Part shown: positions 50,854 to 60,378 of the stretch, piece after piece
Position numbering within the stretch: position 1 is the stretch's first letter
How the letters are laid out: every line of letters begins with the position of its first letter
Source of the DNA: Pseudomonadota bacterium
Lineage (GTDB): Bacteria; Pseudomonadota; Alphaproteobacteria; Sphingomonadales; CAKZYD01
Reading direction: 5' to 3'
Length of the DNA stretch: 64,000 bases
Assembly (NCBI GenBank): GCA_039814715.1
Contig: JBCCAR010000004.1
Location: 32,985-96,984, forward strand
Translations under genes and position numbers: made by a program
Notes under the pieces: model-generated
Database searches by the model: none
Seen by the model: only the letters and a program-made list of their open reading frames with translations
What the model was told of the DNA's origin: nothing

Positions 50854-51945
50854 CTAAGTCAGCAGGGGCTTTAAGGCTTCAAGCTGCTCTAACCTCTGCT
50901 GAGCCATCTCGATTTTCGGGGGAAGCGTCTCTTCAGCCAGGGCTTTGGTTATCGCCCGGAGGTTCGCTTCGTAGGGCGTTTCGTCATCATCGTTGGTCGC
51001 TAGCGGGTCAAGGCCGCGCTTTATGAGAAGTTCCACGACGTCTTTATCAGACACCAAAGCTGCAAGATGCAGCAAGGTCCCACCATCTCTGCGGCTTTTA
51101 CGCTTTAGATCAGCGCCCAAATCGAGCAGCCGCTCCACAAGCGTCGCATTCCTATGAAAAACGGCCATTTCAATTGGCGAGATGTTTTCAACATCCCGCC
51201 CAGCCCAATTGGGATCCGCGCCCGCGCTGAGGAGCAAATCAATCCCTTCGGATTGACCGTTGAGCATCGCGACCATCAGGGGTGCTAGGTCATCGGCCGC
51301 GGGCTGATGAACAAGCTCTGGATTAGCGTCAAGCGCTGCGCGTGCATCTTCCATACGGCCGAGCCCGATAAGCTCATCAAAGCTCAGGGGCGAAATATAG
51401 GATGCGAACAGCTCTTTGATCTCAGGCAACAAACTGTTGCGCAAGGCGATCCCAAGCGGCGTCAATCCGTTCTTTATCTGAGTGGTGGCCAGATCTGGAT
51501 GGCGCTGGAGCGCGCGGCGAAGGTCGTCAAGGCTGGCAGACAAAAGAAAGCTCAACCTCTCCTCAGGATTCTCAATACGTGCGTCCACCAACGCATCGCT
51601 GTCTGCACCAGCGAGGATTCCATCTAGGAGATTTTTATAAGCGGCATGGGTTTGTGCGCCAACGACACTGGTCACGGGCTCACCGCCGTTAAAAATGATC
51701 ACATTGGGTACGCCGCGCACGCCGTATTGCTCGGCAAGTTGTGGCGCTTGATCGATGTCGAGCTTGGTAATTTTAACTTTGCCTGCAAACTCACTGGCGA
51801 GGCGACCAAGGGTTGGCGCCAACGCAAGACAAGGGCCGCACCACGTCGCCCAAAAGTCAACCAGAACCGGTTGCGCGGCGCCTAAGACTTCACGGGCAAA
51901 GGTCTCCTGATCTAGGGCGATAACATCATCATCGGCTTTCGCCAT
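50854..51945 (-). CDS. Thioredoxin-ankyrin repeat fusion protein
   Basis: VDFWATWCGPC and YGVRGVP Trx domain; repeats PLMVAMLNG...LLLSAGADPN, PIEMAV...LLDLGAD, TLLHLAA...LLIKRG. Confidence 0.88.
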   Translation of the reverse strand: MAKADDDVIALDQETFAREVLGAAQPVLVDFWATWCGPCLALAPTLGRLASEFAGKVKITKLDIDQAPQLAEQYGVRGVPNVIIFNGGEPVTSVVGAQTHAAYKNLLDGILAGADSDALVDARIENPEERLSFLLSASLDDLRRALQRHPDLATTQIKNGLTPLGIALRNSLLPEIKELFASYISPLSFDELIGLGRMEDARAALDANPELVHQPAADDLAPLMVAMLNGQSEGIDLLLSAGADPNWAGRDVENISPIEMAVFHRNATLVERLLDLGADLKRKSRRDGGTLLHLAALVSDKDVVELLIKRGLDPLATNDDDETPYEANLRAITKALAEETLPPKIEMAQQRLEQLEALKPLLT

Positions 51946-52076
51946 TCGGTTCGGTCCTTTTTAAAGAAAACGGGTGTGTTAGCATGGAGGTGTAGGGCGT
52001 GAGAAACACTGCTAAACCGAGCGCATAAGTCCCGTCGCAGCTGCCGTGCCCGAAAACCCGCTACGGTTTTGCCGCC

Positions 52077-54863
52077 CTACCACTTCTTTGTGATTTCAAA
52101 TGACATGAATCGCTGTGTCGGATTGGCGTTTGTAGGGTCAAATCCAAACCCGCCGCGTGCAACGTCATCAGGTGTTAGAGGGGGAGCCTGATTGAACAAA
52201 TTGATGATGGACAGCCGGAAAACCGTGTTTTTCAGCACACCGCTCGTGATTGTTTCGCTGGTATCATACGCGATGTTTAGGTCGAAGGTTGTCCAAGAAT
52301 CAATGTCGAACGCGTTTGTCGTGGTGTCCGTCTGGTAACTGTCCACGTAGTTCATAAAGAGATTGGCAGAAAGACCTTCGCGTGAATAACCTGCTTGCGC
52401 GCGTACATTCAGATCGACAGGATTGAAAAGCGTGTTCAAGGACTCAATCGCAGGGCTATTCACTGAAGCTTGCCGCACGAAATCAATCAAGTAGGTCCCA
52501 TTGATGCCAAAGGTCAAAACGCCTGGATCCAGATCGTAGTTATAGGTGGCGCTGAAATCCAACCCAGAGACGTCCGTTCGCACCAAGTTCGTCGTGACCA
52601 AAGCGCGACTAATAATTGAGGCGTCCTCTGGGTTGGTGCCAGGGAACGGCCCTAGGTTAACAAGTGAGTCTAATATGCTCGACACCTCCGCCTGCGAAGC
52701 GTTGAAGGTCACTGTGCCAGCAGGGAACGCGTCAGGATCAGAGAATGCAATAAACGGAGCTAACAAAGGACTCACGTTTCCAGGGATCGGGAGATTACCA
52801 AGCTGTCCCTCAAACTTGATGTCGAAGTAAGTCGCAGACAGCGAAATACTATGGTCGCCCCAACTTTGATCGAAGTCTGCACCCACGGTGAATGACGTTG
52901 ATGTCTCAGGGTCTAGGTCAGCATCTGTACCTGAAAGACTTAAGAGCACCTCATTCGCAATAGAAGGGTCTGGCGCGGGTGTCATAGTAAAGAGGCTCAC
53001 AATCGACGTAGGGATTGCTGCAGCTGACAAGTCATTGGCCCCAACTCGGCCCAAAGACGGTGGTTTGAACGAAGTATTATATGATCCCCTCAGCCGGAGT
53101 GGCTTAATAGGTGACCAGACCACACCAACTTTGGGGTCAAAAGTAGACCCAAAATCACTATAGTCTTCAAACCTGCCGGACACGTTGACTTCTAGTCGGT
53201 GTATGCCGGGTATATCTTGAGCGGGCCCAACAAGGGGAATGTTGGCTTCACCAAATAGCGCGTAGACTTCGCGGTCAGCCTCGCGGTCGATCCTGTCAAA
53301 TACGACATTAAAATTGCTGAAATCTTCCTTACGGAAATGAACACCGACAGCCACGCCGACGTCGCCCGCAGGTAGCTCAAAAACAGACCCCGACGCGATG
53401 AGATCTGCGGCCAACACATCAGAATTAAGTTCTACTGATACGAGATTACCAATGTCTACTGGCGTGCTCTCAGTGCTACTTGAAACCGTGCTGAAGCCAC
53501 CTGAGAACATCAAGTGCCAATTGTCAGTTATGTCCCAATCCAACCCTAGGCCCAGGTTGAAGTTATCGACATTCGCTTCTGAATCGGCCCCCTGGATCGG
53601 CGTCCGGACAGATTGCAGGGTTGTCCGCGTCGAAAATGAAGCATCGGCAGACACTTCCAGCGTTGGCGTAAATTCATGCTTTACGGAGGCTAGCAGACTG
53701 TGTCGCTTCTGGGTTGGTGTGAGATCGCTCAGCAATATCTCGTCGTCTGTGAAAGACTGCATGAGTTCGTCTGGCAAAGACTGAACCACGTCGACGGCGA
53801 ACGAACGATCAGCTGCACGTAGGCGGTCCCGATCGAAAAACTCATAAACAAAAATTCCGTTGCCTTTGCCCCAGTTTTTCCCAAGCGTGATATTCGTCCG
53901 AAATTCGTCCAAATTCCCATTGGTAACGGTGCCATATCGTCCGGTGGTTTCTATGCCGTCGAAATCATCGCGCAGGATAAAGTTGATGACACCAGCGACT
54001 GCATCGCCGCCGTAAATGGAGGACGCTCCATCTGTCAGCACCTCAACCCTTTCGATGGCAGAGGCAGGTATCAACGAAACATCAACAAAATCGCCAATGG
54101 CTGACGATGGTGCAATACGCCGTCCATTAAGCAGAACCAACGTGCTACCGGATCCAAGCCCCCGCAAGTTAACACCTGTTCCGATTGAACCGCCGTTGAA
54201 CTGGCTATTAAATGCAGCGTTGATATCATCACCAACAAAGAACGACGTGTTGGCAATCGAGCCGCCGCCAAAGTTCTGCGTTAGCGTTTGAATGAACTCA
54301 ACCGCAGTGGACGCACCGGAATTTAAAATGTCTGCTCGGTCAAAACTCAGAACAGGAGAGCTCTCCGGCGCAATGCCTCGGATATTGGTACCTGTGACAA
54401 CAATGACTTCTTCTTTCTCTTCTTCATCGTTGTCAACACGGGGTTGTGGGACACTCACACTGCCTGTTTGATCTAGCTGAGCCACCTGAAAGGGCCTGAG
54501 CTCCGCCTGGCTGCTTAACCGAGACTGCCGGACGAAGTCGTTTCCAACGAGAAGCGTTCCATTGTCGTCGACGCGGTACTTAACGCCCGTGCCTTCTAGA
54601 AGCAGCCTTAAGGCTTCTTCAGGCGTGTATGTGCCATCAAGTTCTTTAGCCGTTTTGCCACGAACGTCTGCATCCTTAAAGAGCACCTGCTGCCCAGCGG
54701 CGATGCCGTACTCAGTGAGTGCCTCACCCAGCTCCTTGCTTTTAATATCAAATTCATACGTTTCACGTGCTTGCGCCGCGACGGGCGAAGCCATCGCGAT
54801 AGCTGAGAGGGCGCATCCTGTCAGCACCGCGTTTTTAAAGATTTTCCCGCTGTAGAAAGTCAT
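52077..54863 (-). CDS. TonB-dependent transducer (STN signalling domain)
   Basis: Signal peptide, STN (FDIKSKELGEAL...LLEGTG), VVTGTNIRG, NLRGLG...TLVLLNGRR, GASSIYGGDAVAGVINFI, terminal W. Confidence 0.93.
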   Translation of the reverse strand: MTFYSGKIFKNAVLTGCALSAIAMASPVAAQARETYEFDIKSKELGEALTEYGIAAGQQVLFKDADVRGKTAKELDGTYTPEEALRLLLEGTGVKYRVDDNGTLLVGNDFVRQSRLSSQAELRPFQVAQLDQTGSVSVPQPRVDNDEEEKEEVIVVTGTNIRGIAPESSPVLSFDRADILNSGASTAVEFIQTLTQNFGGGSIANTSFFVGDDINAAFNSQFNGGSIGTGVNLRGLGSGSTLVLLNGRRIAPSSAIGDFVDVSLIPASAIERVEVLTDGASSIYGGDAVAGVINFILRDDFDGIETTGRYGTVTNGNLDEFRTNITLGKNWGKGNGIFVYEFFDRDRLRAADRSFAVDVVQSLPDELMQSFTDDEILLSDLTPTQKRHSLLASVKHEFTPTLEVSADASFSTRTTLQSVRTPIQGADSEANVDNFNLGLGLDWDITDNWHLMFSGGFSTVSSSTESTPVDIGNLVSVELNSDVLAADLIASGSVFELPAGDVGVAVGVHFRKEDFSNFNVVFDRIDREADREVYALFGEANIPLVGPAQDIPGIHRLEVNVSGRFEDYSDFGSTFDPKVGVVWSPIKPLRLRGSYNTSFKPPSLGRVGANDLSAAAIPTSIVSLFTMTPAPDPSIANEVLLSLSGTDADLDPETSTSFTVGADFDQSWGDHSISLSATYFDIKFEGQLGNLPIPGNVSPLLAPFIAFSDPDAFPAGTVTFNASQAEVSSILDSLVNLGPFPGTNPEDASIISRALVTTNLVRTDVSGLDFSATYNYDLDPGVLTFGINGTYLIDFVRQASVNSPAIESLNTLFNPVDLNVRAQAGYSREGLSANLFMNYVDSYQTDTTTNAFDIDSWTTFDLNIAYDTSETITSGVLKNTVFRLSIINLFNQAPPLTPDDVARGGFGFDPTNANPTQRFMSFEITKKW

Positions 54864-54943
54864 GAGCCCCCCTGGCTTCCCGATTAGTTGGTTTGGTATA
54901 TTTTTGTTGCTAGGGCGGCTATGAACGCGCCCTTCATGACTAC

Positions 54944-54969
54944 AGACGCGGAAGCTAAGAAATGCTTCA
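54944..54969 (-). promoter_or_regulatory. Candidate ECF promoter of the TonB transducer
   Basis: Minus strand TGAAGC-N15-CGTCT; near-copy upstream of the sigma gene. Confidence 0.55.
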
Positions 54970-55008
54970 TCAAAAATTTACGAAATCGCTGCGGAGGATG
55001 CGCCTGCG

Positions 55009-56091
55009 TTATTCGCGCCAGACAAGCAGGAGCTCATTGCGGCCAGACCGTCGTGCTTCCAGCTGATGCATCGCCTCTAGAGCATCGACAAATGCTGACG
55101 GGGGGCCGCCGTTGTTGAACACGCCGCTGACTTTCAGAGACAGCACGCGCTCATCCATGTCCAAAACGAGTTGCTGCGTACTATAGCGGTTCAATTCAGC
55201 AACAACGTCTGACAAAGCACGCCGGCGGAAGACAAGCTGGCCGCGGCGCCAACTGGTTTCTTCCAAACCGTCTGTTTCGATGATCTCAGGTGCCGCGTTG
55301 GTCCGCGCGATCAAACGCTCTCCAGGATTGAGCTCAATAACGGAACTAACAACAGCTGGCGCTTGGACAACGCCGGCTCGGCTACCGCGCTCGGTTTCGC
55401 TGTGTGTGGCACCAGCGTCGTCAACTTGAACTTTGCCTTCTACGAGCGTGACCTGGACTTCATTTTGGTCGTCAAACCGGACATCAAAGACTGTCCCGAG
55501 CGCGAGCACCCGAGTTTCTCCAGCCACCACAACAAAGGGCCTGTTTATATCCTTCGCAACGTCGAAATAGCCCTGACCACGGGCCAACGTTATCTCGCGT
55601 TGATTGTCCGTGTAACTGACTTCGATCCTGGAGTTCGTGTTGATCGTGACAACGCTGCCATCGGACAGGGTGACGGTGGATCGCTCACCGATCTGTGTTT
55701 CGTAAGACTCAATAGCGCGCGCAACAATGATTGATGGGTCGTCCGTCTGTGAACGCGGCATCACGGTTACGCTGGCCGCGAGAATTGCGATACACGCAGC
55801 CGCCGCGCTCGCCCAGCGTAGGGTATTGCTCTTCCAAAACGGTGGTTTGGTCCGTCTGCGTGCGAGTTCTATGCGCTCCTGAAATTCAGGCGCTTCCATG
55901 AAGCGATCAAGATAGTCGTTGCCGCGCTTTATTTTCTGATAGGCAGCTTCGTGCGCTGGATCTTCGCGGTACCAGATGTCGAAAGCATAGCGGTCTTCAG
56001 GGGAGCAATCCTCAGCGCCCAAACGCACAACCCAATAGGATGCGATGGCCTCCAAGTCCCCTTCAAAGACGTTTAAATCCCGCGGGCTCAT
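55009..56091 (-). CDS. FecR-family anti-sigma/signal transducer
   Basis: A..W.VRL...F..W...DPAH..AY, one TM, T.IGER..VTLSDGS, G+AYFDVAKD..RPFVV, LGTVFDV, WRRGQLVF. Confidence 0.93.
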   Translation of the reverse strand: MSPRDLNVFEGDLEAIASYWVVRLGAEDCSPEDRYAFDIWYREDPAHEAAYQKIKRGNDYLDRFMEAPEFQERIELARRRTKPPFWKSNTLRWASAAAACIAILAASVTVMPRSQTDDPSIIVARAIESYETQIGERSTVTLSDGSVVTINTNSRIEVSYTDNQREITLARGQGYFDVAKDINRPFVVVAGETRVLALGTVFDVRFDDQNEVQVTLVEGKVQVDDAGATHSETERGSRAGVVQAPAVVSSVIELNPGERLIARTNAAPEIIETDGLEETSWRRGQLVFRRRALSDVVAELNRYSTQQLVLDMDERVLSLKVSGVFNNGGPPSAFVDALEAMHQLEARRSGRNELLLVWRE

Positions 56092-56636
56092 GTCAATTCA
56101 CCAAAGACCTGGCCGACACGCTTGGTCGCCGTCATCAAGTGCTTATCTACAGCGCTCACTGATATCCCCAAGCGTTTGGCCACTTCATGGCGCTTATACC
56201 CGTCAAAACGGCACAGGATGTAGATGTCCTGTGTGCGTTCCGGCAGACGAGAGAGCGCGTCAAAAATTCGGTTTATCGCCTCTCTGCCCTCATAGACGCG
56301 CTCGGGCGAAAAGCCTTCAGGTGAATGATCTCCATCGCCGTATTCCTCGTGCTGCGCTGCATGCCGAACCTGCCCAGCGCGCAGGTGATCATTCCAAACG
56401 CTTGATGCCGTTTGCATCACATAAGCTGCTGGATGATCAATCTCGCCGGCTTGTTTGCGCCTTAAGAGACGCAAAAAAACATCCTGGACCAAATCGTTGC
56501 TGAGATCGGGGCACGCGCAGCGGCGCATGAAAAAGGCAGTCAGCGCTGGCTGGAACTCCTGCGCATAGGCATCGATTTGCGCGCGATCAATTGACCGCAG
56601 ATCCGCCCTTGCCTCCGTCTTGCTAGGAATTCCCAT
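56088..56636 (-). CDS. FecI-like ECF sigma factor
   Basis: DLVQDVFLRL, LPERTQDIYILCRFDG....EVAKRLGISVSAVDKH; 4-nt overlap with fecR; start uncertain. Confidence 0.9.
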   Translation of the reverse strand: MGIPSKTEARADLRSIDRAQIDAYAQEFQPALTAFFMRRCACPDLSNDLVQDVFLRLLRRKQAGEIDHPAAYVMQTASSVWNDHLRAGQVRHAAQHEEYGDGDHSPEGFSPERVYEGREAINRIFDALSRLPERTQDIYILCRFDGYKRHEVAKRLGISVSAVDKHLMTATKRVGQVFGELT

Positions 56637-56774
56637 TCGATCTCGCGTTTCGCCTTCCCTTTTGTCAAACCGCCAGTGCCTTATATCTGCCACAGGAGCG
56701 CTTCTGAAAATTGACCTTTGCGCAAGGCTTGAAGGTCTACCCAATCCTGGTAAATAATCATCCTACTAGCATAT

Positions 56775-56801
56775 AGACGCGCGGAACCCTCAAACGCTTC
56801 A
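56775..56801 (-). promoter_or_regulatory. Candidate ECF promoter of the sigma/fecR operon
   Basis: Minus strand TGAAGC-N16-CGTCT, similar to 54944-54969. Confidence 0.55.
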
Positions 56802-57164
56802 ATTATTTGTAGACCCATCGTCCCGGTTGTCCGGTCCTCCTTTAGTCGTGGTGTCATTCGAGGGCGAACAACAGCTGGTATTCTGGCCGGCGAACAAGCT
56901 TCATCATGCTGGTGAATATGTCATTCAGCGAGTTTGGCCGATTAATGGCAGGTCTTCGACGGCCTGTGTTTAGATGCTGTGGCGAAACACACCGTCTGTA
57001 TCGTTGATCTCATAATGCGCACAGCGGCGCGAGGACGAAGCCGCTCGCGCGGCAATGGAGTTTGTGGCTGATGTCCGGGTCAATCTCATAAGCCGGGATA
57101 TTTTGCGATTTTGCCAACCTGTCTGACGATTGGGGTCTTCTCAATCAACAGACAGGAGGTTTCC

Positions 57165-57983
57165 ATGACCGAGGAGAGAACGAGCCCGCTGCGTAAACGG
57201 ATGATCGAAGACATGCGTCTTCGCGGGATGGGCGAGAAAGCCCAGAAGGCGCACATTCGGGCCATCAAGGACTTTGCTGCCTTTTTGAGGCGATCACCGG
57301 ACACGGCCACCCCGGAGGATCTGCGCGCCTACCAGCTCCATATGACGGACACTGGGGTCACGCCACCAACCTTCAATTCCCGCATTGTGGCGCTGCGCTT
57401 CTTTTTCGGCATGACCTGTGGACGCGAGGACATCAAAAAGTTCATGCAGTTTCGCACACAGCCGCGCAAGCTGCCGGTGGTGTTCAGCGTTGAAGAAGTC
57501 TCCGATATCCTGATGGCAGCGCCAGGACCGGGCCTGAAGTATCGCGCTGCGCTGAGCATTTCCTATGGCGCGGGTTTGCGGGCCGCCGAGGTCTGCATGC
57601 TCAAGATCGGCGATATCGACAGTGACCGCATGCTGATCCATGTCGAACAGGGCAAAGGCCGCAAGGACCGCAAGGTGATGCTGTCACCAGGCCTCTTGGA
57701 GCTGTTGCGCGATTATTGGCGTGAAGCCCGGCCACAGGGATGGCTGTTCCCCGGCAAGCCGAAGGTCAACTCGCTCTCGCCGCGGCAGCTCAACCGGGCT
57801 TTTACATCGGCAAAGGCGATGGCGGGCGTGACGAAGGTGGCGACGCTGCATACCTTGCGGCACAGTTTTGCCACGCATCTGCTGGAAGCCAACACGGATG
57901 TGCGGGTCATCCAGGTACTTCTCGGGCACGCCAAACTGACCACGACGGCGCAATATACCCACGTTGCCACCAAGACCATCCGC
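57165..57983 (+). pseudogene. Tyrosine recombinase (XerD-like), C-terminal tail deleted
   Basis: YGAGLRAAE, QGKGRKDR, HTLRHSFATHLLE, LLGH, YTHVA all present; GGAGG RBS. Confidence 0.88.
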
Positions 57984-58836
57984 CGAGACGGTCAGGACCC
58001 TTGCCGCCGATCCTAAGCGCATACCTGGATCAAAAACCGGCGCGCGAGTGGGCATCACCAGTGTCCTCCACACTTGGGGATCGGCGCTCACACACCATCC
58101 CCACATTCACATGATCGTTCCGGGGGGCGGCCTGTCTCCAGACGGCACCAAGTGGGTGGCCTGCAAACCTGGCTTCTTCATTCATGTGCGTGTTCTCTCC
58201 CGGCTGTTCCGGCGCCTGTTTCTTGAAGGACTGGCGGCCTTGTACCGCGATGGACAGCTCACCTTCTTCGGCGACCTAGGCCATCTGTCCGATCAGCGCG
58301 CATTCACAGCCTGGTTGACACCCTTGCGCAGATGCGACTGAGTGGTCTACGCCAAGCCCCCGGTTGGCGGCCCCGAGGCCGTCCTTGCCTATCTCAGCCG
58401 CTATACCCACAGGGTGGCGATCTCAAACACCCGTCCGGTCAGCGCCGATGCTCGGACGGTGAGCTTCCGCTGGAAAGACTACCGCATCAAATCGGGCAAT
58501 CGCCAGAAGATCATGCGTCTCGACACTGCTGAGTTCATCCGTCGCTTTCTGATGCATGTTTTACCAACAGGCTTTCACCGCATCCGACATTATGGGGTCT
58601 TGGCCAGTGCTACCCGCAAAGCCAACATCGCTAAAATCCGCACCCTGCTTGCAGTGCCGCCTCAAGACCAATCAGCAGAAACAGTGCTTGAGGCAGAGGA
58701 AGGGTCGGCTACGCCCACCTTGCGTGCACCCTGCCCCTGCTGCGGGGGAGTGATGCGTATCATCGACGTCTTCCAGCGCGGCCAAACACCTAAACAACCA
58801 AAGTCGCGGGCACCGCCATGGGACCAGGCGGCATGA
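57979..58836 (+). pseudogene. IS91-family transposase, N-terminal Zn domain deleted, TGA at a conserved Trp (58339-58341)
   Basis: VLHTWGSAL.HHPHIHMIVPGGG, D*VVYAKPP, YLSRYTHRVAISN, EFIRRFLMHVLP.GFHRIRHYG, CPCCGG. Confidence 0.9.
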
Positions 58837-59471
58837 TACCAGCCCTGATCATCCCAAACCAAAAACACCGGCTGCCAAAGCAGGACCGGGCAAGACCCTT
58901 CGTGCCGCACGTCTCAGATGGCAACCGGAAAGGCGCGAAGTATCCTCAAACGCCGTTAAAGTGGAGAAGACTGTGCAGACCGGCACCCGGAAATAACCAC
59001 GAAAAAAAGCTCCAGCACCGCGATCGCGGCACCCTCAGCACCAACCGCCGGTACACTTTCCCCATAGCCCCTGCCACCCTCCCGCGGCTTCCTCCTTGGG
59101 AGGTTTCCCAACGTGGGCCGATCAAGCTCAAACCCAACACACGCGCAACGGCCCACATCGAAAAACCTTCACCAGAGCGGACATTGAGTGCAGTATCTTT
59201 ATGCTGCAGAGCAATATCTTTGAAGCAGACATCTATTCACTGGCAACTCTCATAATATCGGGCTCCTAGATGATCCACGTCACGTCCTCCAACCGCTCGG
59301 AGTTGGACGGCGATAGCTTGAACTGGGCGCGGTTGCGCGGCAGCGCCTAACGCTTTGTAAACTATTCCGGAGCCAGGGCAGCCGATGTCCTTGTCGGCTT
59401 CAGAAAAACTAAGGCGGATCATCGTCCTCGCTTAAGTGAGCAAGGCGGTGAAAATCAGAAACGCAATAGCT

Positions 59472-60251
59472 CTAAAAGGCGTAATGCTCCGGAGATTGGG
59501 CCGTCAAACCGCCATCCACAACGAGTAGATGTCCAGTCACATGCTTGGCGTCGCTCCCCGCTAGAAACGCCACGGGGCCGGCGACGTCATCAGGGTCTGC
59601 CCACCGTTTCAGGGGGGACATCTCACTAAGCTTTTGTCTCATGCCAACATCATCGCCGATCGAAGCTTGAATGATTGCCGTTTCGACCGGACCGGGCAGA
59701 ACGGCATTGACGCGCACACCATGCTGGCCCCATTCGCAGGCCAAGGATTTTGTGATGCTGTTGAGCGCTGCCTTTGATGCTGCATAGGGCGCGCCGACAG
59801 GGACCCCGTTGAGGCCTCGGATACTGGAGACAAATATAACCGCGGCTTCAGGCGCTGCGAACAACGCTGACGCCAAATTTTGCAGCAGAATGAGCGGTGC
59901 CTCGAGGTTGATCGTTTGAACCTGCCTCCACCCTTCAAACGAGTGCTTTTCTAAAGGATCAAACGGCCCGGATATCCCAGCATTGCTGACGACAATATCG
60001 ACACCGCCATAGAGCGTGCAGATGTCCGCGGCAAACCCGGGAATTGCCTGGATATCCGCCAAGTCGGCGACGACCGCTGCGGCCTTCACGCCGTGGCCTA
60101 TAGCACGCGCAACTGTTTCGCTGAGTTTGTCAGCATCACGGTCAATGAGAATGAGGTTGGCGCCCTCTCTCGCAAATCGACTTGCGATTGCTTCCCCAAT
60201 ACCGCGCGCCGCGCCGGTGATGACTGCTGTTTTACCTGCAAGACTACCCAC
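59472..60251 (-). CDS. Short-chain dehydrogenase/reductase (classical SDR)
   Basis: TGAARGIG, NAG, YAASK, VNAVLPG, VDGG. Confidence 0.93.
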   Translation of the reverse strand: MGSLAGKTAVITGAARGIGEAIASRFAREGANLILIDRDADKLSETVARAIGHGVKAAAVVADLADIQAIPGFAADICTLYGGVDIVVSNAGISGPFDPLEKHSFEGWRQVQTINLEAPLILLQNLASALFAAPEAAVIFVSSIRGLNGVPVGAPYAASKAALNSITKSLACEWGQHGVRVNAVLPGPVETAIIQASIGDDVGMRQKLSEMSPLKRWADPDDVAGPVAFLAGSDAKHVTGHLLVVDGGLTAQSPEHYAF

Positions 60252-60378
60252 CGTGATGATTCCTCTGTTTCGAAAACAATTTCATGTGTTGCGTGAGATA
60301 CCGGCCCGAGGCGGTCCGCGCACCGAGAGTGTGTGCGCTAAGGTTTGAAAAAGTCAGCAGCCTTGCGCCGCTATAAAC

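Larger units (their letters stand above)
57084..59112 (+). mobile_element. Degenerate tyrosine-recombinase + IS91-like (Y2/HUH) transposase element; ends approximate
   Basis: Integrase and transposase genes in tandem; right end hairpin CCTCCTTGGGAGG followed by TTTCCCAAC. Confidence 0.7.

Noticed and set aside
51946-57083. Lasso-peptide or other RiPP precursor near the sigma/FecR/receptor genes
   Set aside because: No small ORF with a convincing leader/core in the intergenic gaps I read, and no B/C biosynthetic genes or S9 isopeptidase
59170-59235. GCGGACATT/GCAGACAT short motifs beside the IS91-like element as cassette recombination sites
   Set aside because: Too short and degenerate; no repeated cassette structure can be shown in this window
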